A stretch of 64,000 nucleotides of DNA, from IMG/VR virus record IMGVR_UViG_3300009431_000003. One strand, written 5' to 3'. Position 1 is the stretch's first letter, and the number at the start of each line of letters is the position of its first letter. Source of the stretch: a virus. Below the pieces are notes generated by a model. It ran no database searches, was not told where the DNA came from, and was given only the letters and a program-made list of their open reading frames with translations. Both the position numbers and the translations under genes were made by a program. Below are positions 19,001 to 26,898 of the stretch, one piece after another.

Positions 19001-20724
19001 TTCTTTCCTTCAGGTCTAATGTATATATACTCATCAGTAATCTTGGTGACTTTTCCTGGCACTGGAGCAGTATGAGCAAATAGCTTCCCAAACAACTCCT
19101 CAAAAGTTGCCTTCTTGTCCGCTGTGGCAATTTGGACAAGAGGCTGTTCCCGCGTAACAAGAGCAACAGCCTGTTCTTCCTGACGAGTAGCCATTGAGGC
19201 TCTATTTCCCTGATCATTATTTAAAAAAGGAATTAAGTTCGCATTTGCTCCAAAAGGCGCCTTAGTAGAAGTTAGAACAAAATCTGCATCACTGAACAGT
19301 TGTTCAGATAACTCATTATTTTTATCAAGAATCTTAACCTTCTTCTTTTTTGGGCTGGGCTTTCCTTTGTCCCAGGAAACCTGATCCGGCAATACTATAT
19401 TAGACAAAGACATTTTAGTTGGATTTATCCATACTAATTTCTTTTTCTTTAGATCATATACTTGAGTAATTAAATCATTGCCTTTTTTGTCTGTACCTAA
19501 TGCTAAGTGTAGAGAAATACCAGCCTTTGAGCTTTCTGGTGTATGAAGGGGGTCTATAAAACCTATATGCGAAAAGTTGAGAAGTCGAGCCTCTTCCTCA
19601 ATTGCTTTTTCGTCACCAATGCCTCCTTTTCCAAGACGAGTAACCATCGTGTGGTTCGAGAGCATATCTAAAGGATTAGTCTGTGAGGGCGTTCTCATCA
19701 TATTAAAAGTTTTTGGTAAAAAGGCATCACTTATAGGCTTTTTAAAAACCGGGGTTGCAAAAGCCTCTTTTGGAGAAGAAACTCTTGGAGAATCCAGTCT
19801 ACGTTTTAGTGCGTAGATGATGTCCCGTTTCTTCGACTTGGTAAGGTGGTCATGCATCATGTCATCGATGCCATGAAAAGAGGCAAATTCTAAAGAGTTT
19901 CTGTCATCAGGCTTTGCTTCTTGTCGAGAAATGGAAAGAAGTTTTTTAGAAACAGCAAGGAGCGCCGGTCCGGAAGCATGAGTAAACTCTTCTCCCAAAG
20001 TTCTCTTGGTAGCTTCCGGGTCAAAAGTGGCTCCCTTTAGCCAATCCTGCAGCCACACAGCAGCATCATCTAAATTTTCCGGCCTTGGCGCATTTGCCGC
20101 CTTTGCCAATTTTTGTACGTCTTTAAGTACATCACCCATGTTACTGCCAGCAATCTCTTCTCCCCATTCACGTTCCATAGTGGCTTGAGGAAGTCCGGCG
20201 CCTTGAAGAATGGACATCAAGTTTATATTAGTTGTGTTTCCATAATTAGCTGTAAACGACCTTTTTTCAGGATCAAAATGTATTTTAATTTTTTTACGGT
20301 TTGCTGTCAGAGGAAAGTTTAAATATCCTTCCAGTTCCCCATTTGCCTTTATACGGGTATACGCTCCCGGTTTAAGCCTGGTCTGTAAACCAATCTGATA
20401 TTCGTTTCCTTTGACGATATAAGAGTACCGATCAGTAATTCTAGGTAGTTGTGCCAAAGTAACTGTTTCCGTTACTTTTTCACCGGTCCTCTTATCCGTC
20501 ATAGTTACTCTTCCCTTAATAGGAACAGCCCATGTACCTCTGTTCGTCTTCATTTTTAATTGTGCTGGGTAGTCATTTGGTGATTTATTATCCTCAACCC
20601 AAACCTTGTCCAATACCATTTTCTTGTTATTAGTCTCAGCAGGAAAATGAGAGGATATTGCTTCTACTGTTTTTTCTTTTAACTTGCCAAATGCCTCTTC
20701 AGGATCGAAATAAGACACACTCAC
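13039..20724 (-). CDS. rpoBC: Fused beta-beta' multi-subunit-type DNA-directed RNA polymerase containing an intein
   Basis: beta motifs: LIPFLNNDQGNRASM, GYNYEDA, GDKVVGRHANK, PSRINPGQVLET, GGQTMDAM. Junction near 17745. beta' motifs: GGLFDP..FGG, PVIPPVFRP, GKRQDMSMRS, KRDPALH, GADFDGD, bridge helix HGARKG, CEHGEGVCQKC, GEPG.NLSMKSFH. Confidence 0.95.
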   Translation of the reverse strand: MSVSYFDPEEAFGKLKEKTVEAISSHFPAETNNKKMVLDKVWVEDNKSPNDYPAQLKMKTNRGTWAVPIKGRVTMTDKRTGEKVTETVTLAQLPRITDRYSYIVKGNEYQIGLQTRLKPGAYTRIKANGELEGYLNFPLTANRKKIKIHFDPEKRSFTANYGNTTNINLMSILQGAGLPQATMEREWGEEIAGSNMGDVLKDVQKLAKAANAPRPENLDDAAVWLQDWLKGATFDPEATKRTLGEEFTHASGPALLAVSKKLLSISRQEAKPDDRNSLEFASFHGIDDMMHDHLTKSKKRDIIYALKRRLDSPRVSSPKEAFATPVFKKPISDAFLPKTFNMMRTPSQTNPLDMLSNHTMVTRLGKGGIGDEKAIEEEARLLNFSHIGFIDPLHTPESSKAGISLHLALGTDKKGNDLITQVYDLKKKKLVWINPTKMSLSNIVLPDQVSWDKGKPSPKKKKVKILDKNNELSEQLFSDADFVLTSTKAPFGANANLIPFLNNDQGNRASMATRQEEQAVALVTREQPLVQIATADKKATFEELFGKLFAHTAPVPGKVTKITDEYIYIRPEGKKRAVLLPRYNNFPLNESPSAVSSTVLVSVGDKVKKGQVIADTSFTKDGVLSLGTNLKVAYLPAKGYNYEDATVISETAAKKLTSEHLYSHKVELNDDTVINKKVLRAEKPDSLIGDRWDKLDKDGVIQEGQIANPDDILVAKIDKKISSARGKVFKKIFQKAYKANPVTWEGEVPGRVIRVIKNKQGVQVFVKTHEQTKLGDKVVGRHANKAIVAKILPDEEMPVDKEGKPFEILMTPFSIPSRINPGQVLETAAAKLAKPGKPFIVDNFDDSIQDVTRNIKTRLSAAGFPSSGKEEVFDSKTGKSLGRVLTGQQYVVKQKHQVKKKLKYRSGGFEAAYDINRSPVRGDMGGQTMDAMGMYALLSHGAIENIREMQTSKSDRDPLYWEKLMAGEPLHPPKIPFVYEKFESLLRGMGLDVEKKGTGVRLVPATDNKIRKFNKVKDPALMLRGKNLVPMKGGLFDPKTFGGETGMDGHRWGYFDLPVRMPNPVFEKPIKLLTDLGANFGRALSGKYSEGGITGPELIQKKLEAINTKKDISTLEALAKAQKGAAKSKTYKKLKLLKYLDREGLSPVKAYMISSVPVIPPVFRPVSVVNLEQYATDRPVASRAKNLEVHDINMLYKEIGLTAKELDETDPDTPEDTVNALQNSLYDSLKRYEGLGTTKKEDAKGIISLISGNKPSEGFFQKRMMGKRQDMSMRSTIIPEHTMDVDSVGLPEKAAREIFKPLVVREMSLAGYSPLEAMEKIKKSLPETEAYYNKVMSRHPVMMKRDPALHKHNVLAFKAHSVKGNAIKVHPLITGSVMGADFDGDANYAELLIFLPIDIWEQNKVFWESRRFHMTARVREQVGAVDVNGDFFICHLSEFPHTDQIVGKKDHRTFYAVPPGVRVVAVNEASGQLTLADVSLWSIHRQIEIESVTLSSGRQIITDDDERAVYGVDKDTLEWGRCRPSEASNQFVPIGTDVGHLTGDRAAWSYYDHLERIQKTVSLSHAFGYVLGALAGDGWVSHLHGVPQQVCLASSYKGTQEQFKKCFRAVFGESCYFDTTKTNKDKLPGSSGCDRLSYSSQVVGAALVPLIGKGVENKHLPPFFLAANSLFRRGLLSGLWDTNGSVSYSFAKTKPQFLCNFESTSLRLVQDIQYLLRSFGASSKITPTETPKGKPAWMLNVSTVDFYRMGGIETNQLNKKAHIKTFLDGPPPDDKMAYSRYRLIPLPCVLAKELRLLLSKVDKSLYNTVHKTIGKGYLSKPAAKRVLKTLEKFGLKCLHPLFPQWKTLVEIPGVHFERVTGFERTGIREDGYDLTVPGFETFMSIDGVVLSNTVSVFVPVRDKAVEEAWKMTPSQNLLSPQHGGVMYEPEHEAAQGLYEMSKWGKKTNKRFNKLAEMMKEYNKGSVKITEVVTVNGKQTTPGRQILYQTLPQEHADRLNILHDPNLKITTGEVKKVLQDVAENNPGDFGKLYNSLLSVGNDAAYQVGISIGLDDITTKSTIRRKHLNTLKKQLEQINSTIKDKKVRDEAVVNTIVSAMKPLEMEVKKKADDGTNTLMEMSNSGAKGNWGQIKQIISAPLLVSDPYGQPIPQLITRTYSEGMDVSNYLAALHGARKGTLTKQTSTQAPGALTKQITAATISTLIKDSDCETQQGISMKIGDDDDSIVNRYAAKDIVSSKGKLLARAGEVITPATLTRAKNNRVKTIIARSPMRCEHGEGVCQKCMGRMEGGQDLAIGTNVGVRAAHSLGEPGVNLSMKSFHSGGVWEPGKEAVDAFGRIKEILIMPKTLKGAAVLAREAGLVNTIVDDPAGGSRVSIGQSEHYVPANRELVVDKGSKVSRGQAITKGKINPHHLLPLAGTRAVQQMIANDLHGTYKKQGINIDRRHTETIARSMTNVGEVTDPGTHPSWEVGDFVPMSKVIKHNKDLQVGWKPIKARTILRGRMTPLDMQEDWIAKLQFERLQSTLTDAAAKGHTAQIHGEHPVPGMAFGKEFGQVLDEAGY
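15049..16569 (-). mobile_element. Intein (507 aa) with a LAGLIDADG homing endonuclease domain
   Basis: Interrupts DFDGD|TVSVFVP (E. coli DFDGD-QMAVHVP). Block F/G is GYDLTVPG...GVVLSN. LAGLIDADG motifs are YVLGALAGDGWV and GLLSGLWDTNGSV. Confidence 0.9.
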
Positions 20725-20751
20725 CTCAGTTAGGGTAACTAATTCCTTTTG

Positions 20752-20781
20752 ATTCTACTGGGTACTGTAAGGAATTGTCAA
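20752..20781 (-). promoter_or_regulatory. sigma70-like promoter TTGACA-N18-TAGAAT for the RNAP/spike operon
   Basis: Plus-strand TGTCAA at 20776-20781 and ATTCTA at 20752-20757, 27 nt upstream of the GTG start. Confidence 0.7.
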
Positions 20782-20818
20782 ACGATTTCACCCATAAGGA
20801 ATATGAGGAGGAATATAA

Positions 20819-21013
20819 ATGAAAATTGCCTCGAAACTCTACAAAGTTGGAATGCGGCTATGGGAAGAGGAATTTGCCCGGGCTGTGAGACAGGATTCCA
20901 ATCTTTCATTTACCCAAAAGAAAGGAAAAAATAATGGGAAGCATGTTTCTAATCGGATTCTTGGCGGGACTCATATCGGGAGTGGTCAGGAGACTAACAA
21001 GACTAATGACTGA
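20819..21013 (+). CDS. Small hypothetical protein
   Basis: Strong GAGGAGG RBS; its 3' part overlaps the next ORF. Confidence 0.45.
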   Translation: MKIASKLYKVGMRLWEEEFARAVRQDSNLSFTQKKGKNNGKHVSNRILGGTHIGSGQETNKTND

Positions 21014-21086
21014 CGAAATAGTATTCTTGAATAAAAAGCACATACCCGCACAACCAGGAGACGGGTACTGGCCAACATTTACATGA
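20934..21086 (+). CDS. 50-aa putative membrane peptide
   Basis: Below the track cutoff. MGSMFLIGFLAGLISGVVRRLTRL..., AAAGGA RBS, ATGA overlap with 21083. Confidence 0.5.
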   Translation: MGSMFLIGFLAGLISGVVRRLTRLMTDEIVFLNKKHIPAQPGDGYWPTFT

Positions 21087-21334
21087 ATGACGAAGACACT
21101 CTCAATTTTGGGGAAATTCCTCTGGACGCTCACAAATGTAATTTTTGTAACAAAGTAATATACACCAATGACTTACATCTTTGGATTGAAAAAAGAATAA
21201 CACTATTTGACCAAGGATTAAAAAGGGATATTACTATTCCACAACACGGAAATCAAGCAATCCGAATCTGTTTAATGTGCGCGGGAGAAGCCTTTTATAC
21301 TCTAGTAAGTGAAAGGGATACCAATGAGATTTAA
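21083..21334 (+). CDS. Small CxxC...CxxC zinc-finger-like protein
   Basis: CNFC and CLMC motifs. Confidence 0.55.
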   Translation: MNDEDTLNFGEIPLDAHKCNFCNKVIYTNDLHLWIEKRITLFDQGLKRDITIPQHGNQAIRICLMCAGEAFYTLVSERDTNEI

Positions 21335-21593
21335 TAAAGACCATGGGTGTACCTGCCATTATTGTGGTGAGATTATCAGTATAAGAGGGGAAGAAGATAT
21401 CTTTTTTCACGCCTCTGGAACAACAGTATTTAATGGATTCATAAACGCTTTCTCTTTAGACGGAATAGTGGAAACATCCCTTGAAGAGGTTGGTCAAGAA
21501 GGCCGATACTATCACGTATCCTGCTTTGTGACACTAGTGGTAGAAGAAGACCCAGCCCTGATGAAACTTATTTTAGAAGGGCTAGCACGCTAA
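21309..21593 (+). CDS. Small zinc-finger-like protein
   Basis: CHYCG and HxxC motifs. Confidence 0.5.
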   Translation: MKGIPMRFNKDHGCTCHYCGEIISIRGEEDIFFHASGTTVFNGFINAFSLDGIVETSLEEVGQEGRYYHVSCFVTLVVEEDPALMKLILEGLAR

Positions 21594-21621
21594 TCTCTTT
21601 CCAGACAACTTAGGCGAAACT

Positions 21622-23025
21622 ATGAAAAACATCATCTTCATTATCTTTGCTTCGTTTATTGTGCTGCTATATACCTTGCTGTGGCACATTAGCAGTTTCC
21701 ATTTTCCAGTCCCCTGGATAGACGAAGCACATTTCTTATGGCAATCAATAAACTTTGCTGAAGAAAATACATTATTGGCACCTCAACTTAATTCTGATAG
21801 AGATATAATGTGGATGCCTCCAGGGTTTATGGTTTTCTATGGTATTGTTTTTAAAGCTGTTCCTTTCAGCTTACAAGCTGCAAGAGTTATAGTTCTTACT
21901 ACAACAATCTTATCTATTATTCTTCTACTAAAAATTATTTCTAAAAACTCGCGGCTATGGGTTGCAGCTACTGCAGGATGCTTATTTTTTCTTGGGCCTC
22001 CTTTTATTTTCTTGGGCAATATGGCAAGAATGGAAAGCCTGTTACTTCTTATAGTTATAGGCGGCTATTTCTTTCTTCAACAAAAGAAAGCCCATCTAGC
22101 TTCGGCCCTATTTTTGATTTCACCACTAATCCACCCTAACGGTCTCTTCTTTTTAGTTGGCGGCTGTCTACACTCCATACTTATCTGGAAACAGAATAAT
22201 ATAAAGAATAACATGAAGTTTTTGGTGCTGGTATTTCCTTTGGTGCTCTGGAGTTTATATATTTTTTATATAATCTCCAATTGGGAGGGATTTATTTCAG
22301 ATATGAATTATCAATTTTCTCGTAAGATAAACAACAACAACCCTCTAAGAGCAACAGAAACATTTCATATTATATCATTTATAATACTTATCGGGATATA
22401 CGGATTAGCTAAAAAAACACCTACAACATTCCTAAGTCTTATGGCCATACCCTTTTTTATGGTTCAGAGAATTGCTTTTGAAATGTGTTACGGTATTTTT
22501 GATAGTATCTACTTTATTCTATTTTTGTCCGTTATTGGTGAGTCAATAATAAAGCACACCAATAATAATAATAATAAACATAGTATAGGTAGAAGAATCT
22601 TTTTCTGTTTTCTGGTCGGAATAATTATCACTTTTACATCCACACAACTGAGTGGATCGCTGCCTGTTTCTATCACTAAAAAAGAAGTTAACTACTGGCA
22701 AATGGGTATGTTTGGAGGAGACAAATATATAAAAACAGAAGATATAAACAAGGTCGTTGCAACCATTACCAGTACAAGTAAAAAACTGACAGTTCAATTT
22801 TACCCTGCTGGGAATTCCTTGTTCTTTGAAAAATGGAAGGGTCGATTTAATATCAGTCAGCCCTTATTTTCAGAACAAATACCCGATATTTTTATAATTC
22901 ACATTTCAAAGTACCACCCCAAATGGTGGAAATATAGACTGGAAGAAATTCTACTAAAGGCAGATAAATATAATAAAAATAATGTTTTTATTATTGTACC
23001 TGATACGTGGATTATGCTTTATTAA
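21622..23025 (+). CDS. GT-C fold integral membrane glycosyltransferase (ArnT/PMT-like)
   Basis: About 10 hydrophobic segments, first-loop PWIDE motif, R.E loop, soluble C-terminal domain; AT-rich. Confidence 0.75.
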   Translation: MKNIIFIIFASFIVLLYTLLWHISSFHFPVPWIDEAHFLWQSINFAEENTLLAPQLNSDRDIMWMPPGFMVFYGIVFKAVPFSLQAARVIVLTTTILSIILLLKIISKNSRLWVAATAGCLFFLGPPFIFLGNMARMESLLLLIVIGGYFFLQQKKAHLASALFLISPLIHPNGLFFLVGGCLHSILIWKQNNIKNNMKFLVLVFPLVLWSLYIFYIISNWEGFISDMNYQFSRKINNNNPLRATETFHIISFIILIGIYGLAKKTPTTFLSLMAIPFFMVQRIAFEMCYGIFDSIYFILFLSVIGESIIKHTNNNNNKHSIGRRIFFCFLVGIIITFTSTQLSGSLPVSITKKEVNYWQMGMFGGDKYIKTEDINKVVATITSTSKKLTVQFYPAGNSLFFEKWKGRFNISQPLFSEQIPDIFIIHISKYHPKWWKYRLEEILLKADKYNKNNVFIIVPDTWIMLY

Positions 23026-25100
23026 ATAACCGCTCTTTCCGGGGCTCGTCTAGGAGGTTTAACTACCGGAAGGTCCATCATACCAGGGTCCGCATGGGAC
23101 CCTTGGTTTTGTTGGAGTTGTTGCTGCACCATGGCATACAAATTAGGGGTCTCAGAACTCATATTTTTTAGTACCGTCATTTTTTGAGCGGGATCCATCT
23201 TTTGGAGATTCTTTACATAGGTTGAAGCAATGCCATGGATGCTAGCCCCTGCTTGCTGATTAAGTGCAATACGTTGAGAAGTTTGTGGAGGAGACGCTAA
23301 AGTTGTTGGCGTGGCGGCAATAACTGCTTCCGTAGGCATTCTGGTAGCTTGTTCAGCTTCTCGTATAGCTTGGGCCGCTCTTAAATTTCCTATTGCTTCA
23401 TTTAGCGCAATTCTAGTTTTTCTCCTGGAACTCTCTTCAACCTCTTTAGGAGTTGGTACTTTTGCCGGACGAGATCTATATTGTGGTTTGTGTAATGGGA
23501 ATACTGTCTTTTGAGGAGGGCCGGCCATCATAGCTTGTTGTTGTACCGCTTGAGCCATCCCCATATATTTGGCCTGGACTATTTGAGCCTCTCCCGCTAT
23601 AGCAGCCTGGGCAATTTGCTGTCTTTTATTACTTTCGATTTGTCGCTTAAGCTCTACCAACTTACGCTGCTCTTCCTCAAATACATCCTCGCCAATATCT
23701 TCCAGCAAAGTTTGGTCAGACAATTTACCTGCCTGATTGTATTGGAACTTAAGTGAGGATCTTTGAAGGTCGTCTCCCATTTTAAAGTCTTCACGTCCTA
23801 TATCAATTTGCGCCCAACCCATATGTGCCGATACGCGCGAGCGAACAAATCGGACTAAGCCGTCTAATTCTTCCAAGTACCCAATCATCTCATTTTCTAT
23901 CTGACGAAGTGAAACATTGGACCCTGAATACGAAATTCCTCCAAAAATAAATTCCTGTGGGACCCCCATCCCCGCTAAAACATGTTCAGAAGTAATTCGT
24001 ATGTCTTGGTGAAGCATTAAGGCTCGACCAGTGCCTCCAATCGTCTCATTTCCTACAGGTAGAGGCATGACTGGAATATAGTTATGATCGCGCCTCCAGT
24101 GCTTAATCTCTTCCTCGATCTGCTGTTTCCATTGCTGCAAGTTAACAGTGGTAAATGGGTCACTGGTAGTAGACCCTGGCTGAGGGAAAAGGACCCGAAG
24201 AGGCACAACATATTCTGTTGCAATAGCCTCATTACCCTTTCGAAGTACCTGCAGATAAAATAATTGTTTGAGTACTGGAAGAATCATTGGCATTCCCCAC
24301 CCTTCCCAATCATCCATCATGGTTGGGTGAGAAATAGAAGCACGCTTCATATGAAAAACAGCATTAGGATTCAGTCGAACTTTCTTACGCTTCTTTACTG
24401 CTTCCAAATATATATTTGGAAGTGCTGAAACAAGGCTTTTTTTACCCATAGAAATATCACTTCGGGTAGCCTTATCTAGTTCATAAATTAGTTCTTTATG
24501 ACCAGTCAGTTGGTTTTGCCTAATATTTATATTTTCAGGACTCCACCGAACTAATCGAATATCCTGGTAGCTACGATAATAGTAATCTTTAGCAAAAGCA
24601 GTTCCTTCTGTATTACAAGAGGGGCATTTGAGTCTAAATTTATGTCCTACATAGCGCCACTTATCCTGCATTCTTTTATCATCCGCTCTTGCTTGATTTC
24701 CGCAATGTGAACAGGACAACCATTTATGAAAAGGAAAAGATACGGAGATGAAGCAGTTACCATAAGTATTTCGATCAAGACCGGCTTCAATCTGAAAAGT
24801 ACGAATATCCAATACATCTTCAAAGAGAGTTTTCCATTGATTTCGTAACTCTTGGGACTCTGCATTGTAGATTAATTTACGGATAGGGTATGCCGCCATT
24901 TTATGTACAACAGCATTAATCAAAGGGTCCATTAAAAAGTATTTACGGCAATATTCTAGTAGTTCTTTAATAGAAGAAGGTAAGAAAGTACTGGCAATAT
25001 CAAAATAAGGAGAAGGATAATCCATGGCGCCCGATGCTCTATTGGTGTATCGGGTTGTATTTCCCGGTCCGTATTTTGGCGATAATGAAAAACCTTCCAC
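23022..25100 (-). CDS. Putative portal protein with a zinc-ribbon insertion and Gln/Pro-rich tail
   Basis: Portal-like pattern (DPLINAVV, YGNCFI, IRLVRWSP, WGMPMILPVL, GVPQEFIFG), CxxC pair at aa 130-162, morphogenesis context. Confidence 0.65.
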   Translation of the reverse strand: MEGFSLSPKYGPGNTTRYTNRASGAMDYPSPYFDIASTFLPSSIKELLEYCRKYFLMDPLINAVVHKMAAYPIRKLIYNAESQELRNQWKTLFEDVLDIRTFQIEAGLDRNTYGNCFISVSFPFHKWLSCSHCGNQARADDKRMQDKWRYVGHKFRLKCPSCNTEGTAFAKDYYYRSYQDIRLVRWSPENINIRQNQLTGHKELIYELDKATRSDISMGKKSLVSALPNIYLEAVKKRKKVRLNPNAVFHMKRASISHPTMMDDWEGWGMPMILPVLKQLFYLQVLRKGNEAIATEYVVPLRVLFPQPGSTTSDPFTTVNLQQWKQQIEEEIKHWRRDHNYIPVMPLPVGNETIGGTGRALMLHQDIRITSEHVLAGMGVPQEFIFGGISYSGSNVSLRQIENEMIGYLEELDGLVRFVRSRVSAHMGWAQIDIGREDFKMGDDLQRSSLKFQYNQAGKLSDQTLLEDIGEDVFEEEQRKLVELKRQIESNKRQQIAQAAIAGEAQIVQAKYMGMAQAVQQQAMMAGPPQKTVFPLHKPQYRSRPAKVPTPKEVEESSRRKTRIALNEAIGNLRAAQAIREAEQATRMPTEAVIAATPTTLASPPQTSQRIALNQQAGASIHGIASTYVKNLQKMDPAQKMTVLKNMSSETPNLYAMVQQQLQQNQGSHADPGMMDLPVVKPPRRAPERAVI

Positions 25101-25108
25101 TTACACTC

Positions 25109-25972
25109 CTACCTTTTTGGACTTAACAATACATCCGGCCCTAAAAAGGCTCCCATATTTAAAAGCATCCCCGCATTATGAGTAAGGGCGCCTCCACCAG
25201 CCATGGCCAAATTTCTTGCAACTGCTCGTGCTCTTGTATCACCTTCTTTTGGTTTCCGTACCGCGGCAAGTCCTGCACCACCCAGAGCAGTACCATAAAA
25301 CAATTTACTTCCAAAGAGATTTGGTACATATTGAGTCAAACCCCCTCTTCCCATATAACCACGAACGATAGCCTGTTCGTGTAGCTGCCTCGCTATAGCC
25401 TTTGCTTTACTACCAGGAGTCCTAGTCCCTTTTAAGCCATGACGCATAATATTTGTAAAACCCTTAACCGGTTTTCTCCCAAGACCGCTATAAAGCACAT
25501 TTGGATTAACAATACCAGCTTTAGGCTGAATTGTAGGTAAAAACTTACCTTTAGCCTTCTGGAGAACATTGACATCTGCTGGCCTAAAACTCCTATATCT
25601 CTTTGCAATATCTGCTGACCGCTTTGCCGCAATAGCTCCAGACCTACGGCCCCAACGGAAATATTGAGTTCCCGCAAGCCCACCAAGCAAACCACCAACC
25701 ACAGCGCCCTGTAAAGCTCTGTCCGCCAAATAAGGATCACCTTCTTGTGCCGCAGACCTAGCTTGTTGGATTCCTCCAGTTACAGCACCTAAACTGCCAA
25801 AAGCCAACGAGGGATAAAGAGTTTTACTTTTTGAAACCCCAGGCGCAGTATATTTAGTAACGGCCTGACGACCCCACCCAAGCTGTTGTTGATTCGCGTT
25901 TAATGCTCTGGCAGAATCACGCACCAACCGCCCAATCCGAGCAAGCTGTGCATTTTTCTCTCGCGTAATCAT
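25109..25972 (-). CDS. Basic glycine-zipper protein, putative virion/ejection protein
   Basis: GxxxG segments (GAVVGGLLGGLAG), very Arg/Lys-rich, N-terminal EKNAQ. Confidence 0.55.
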   Translation of the reverse strand: MITREKNAQLARIGRLVRDSARALNANQQQLGWGRQAVTKYTAPGVSKSKTLYPSLAFGSLGAVTGGIQQARSAAQEGDPYLADRALQGAVVGGLLGGLAGTQYFRWGRRSGAIAAKRSADIAKRYRSFRPADVNVLQKAKGKFLPTIQPKAGIVNPNVLYSGLGRKPVKGFTNIMRHGLKGTRTPGSKAKAIARQLHEQAIVRGYMGRGGLTQYVPNLFGSKLFYGTALGGAGLAAVRKPKEGDTRARAVARNLAMAGGGALTHNAGMLLNMGAFLGPDVLLSPKR

Positions 25973-26898
25973 ATTCCTATTGCCTTTCGCTGCTCCTCCA
26001 ATTGTGCTCTCCGAAAGTTCATATAATCCCTGGCAATAAGCAGCTTAAATCCTGGAATATAATCCGGATATCTTTCATGATCAGCATATTTCTGGATATG
26101 CTCTATCGGTACGTCTTTGTACGATTCCCAAAATTTTTCGATAATTGCAGGGTCCCTACGGAAAAAAGTTCTGATTTTTTGCCCAGCAGCTTTAGGAGCT
26201 GCCGGGTCCGCTTTATCATTAAAAGGGTATCCATCAGAAAACCGACCGATGCAGCTATCGCATAAAATAGGAGTTTTATCAATAGTTGCAGTATAGCCAC
26301 AAACTAAACATTCATACATTGGCTCTGCCAACCAAATCTCAGCAAAGGATAAAAGATCAGGTAAGTAATTGATTCCATCTTCAATCGCTGCTGCAGCAAC
26401 AAATTTAGCTATCTCATCCGAAAAAGTAGATTCTCTTATTAATTTGGAGATATCAACAGCGACAAAAAGTTGCTCGATTCCAGGGATAACCAACTGCTCA
26501 AAGTCAGGGCAGTTATTGTTAAGTATCTGACATAACGGAGCAAATACATTCCAATCCGTCCAAAACATTTGAGAGGAGTGTAGGGCTCTAATCATTTGCA
26601 GCTTGGCCCAGACTAATTGACTAATAGAATCGATCTTAAAATCAGAAAGAATACCTTCTCGAAGAGCTTCCGGGTCCCAAGCCAACCAACCAACCTCGTA
26701 CTGCTTGGCCATTACCAGCTCTAATAAAATTGGGTGAGTATCGTGGTGTTGAAACAAGTTACTAACAGATAAAGGCGTATCGGAAACGTCCTCTTTTATT
26801 TGTTCCTGAGGCTTATTAGTCTCCGGCTGTGCCAAGAGGAAATCAAAAAGCAGCTTCTCACTGTCAGATGTTTGAAGATTAGGTCGATTACTCGGCAT
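25969..26898 (-). CDS. Hypothetical protein with a CxxC...CxxC insert
   Basis: 309 aa with CLVC and CDSC; coupled to both neighbours. Confidence 0.6.
   Translation of the reverse strand: MPSNRPNLQTSDSEKLLFDFLLAQPETNKPQEQIKEDVSDTPLSVSNLFQHHDTHPILLELVMAKQYEVGWLAWDPEALREGILSDFKIDSISQLVWAKLQMIRALHSSQMFWTDWNVFAPLCQILNNNCPDFEQLVIPGIEQLFVAVDISKLIRESTFSDEIAKFVAAAAIEDGINYLPDLLSFAEIWLAEPMYECLVCGYTATIDKTPILCDSCIGRFSDGYPFNDKADPAAPKAAGQKIRTFFRRDPAIIEKFWESYKDVPIEHIQKYADHERYPDYIPGFKLLIARDYMNFRRAQLEEQRKAIGI

Noticed and set aside
13039-20724. rpoBC as evidence of a bacterial chromosome or integrated prophage
   Set aside because: No ribosomal-protein or other host neighbours, strong divergence, and flanking by spike, portal and terminase genes. 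No integrase or att site was seen.
20920-20940. Frameshift or slippage at GGAAAAAATAATG linking the 20819 and 20934 ORFs
   Set aside because: One extra A would give neat TAATG coupling, but this cannot be told apart from ordinary overlap or a homopolymer error without reads.
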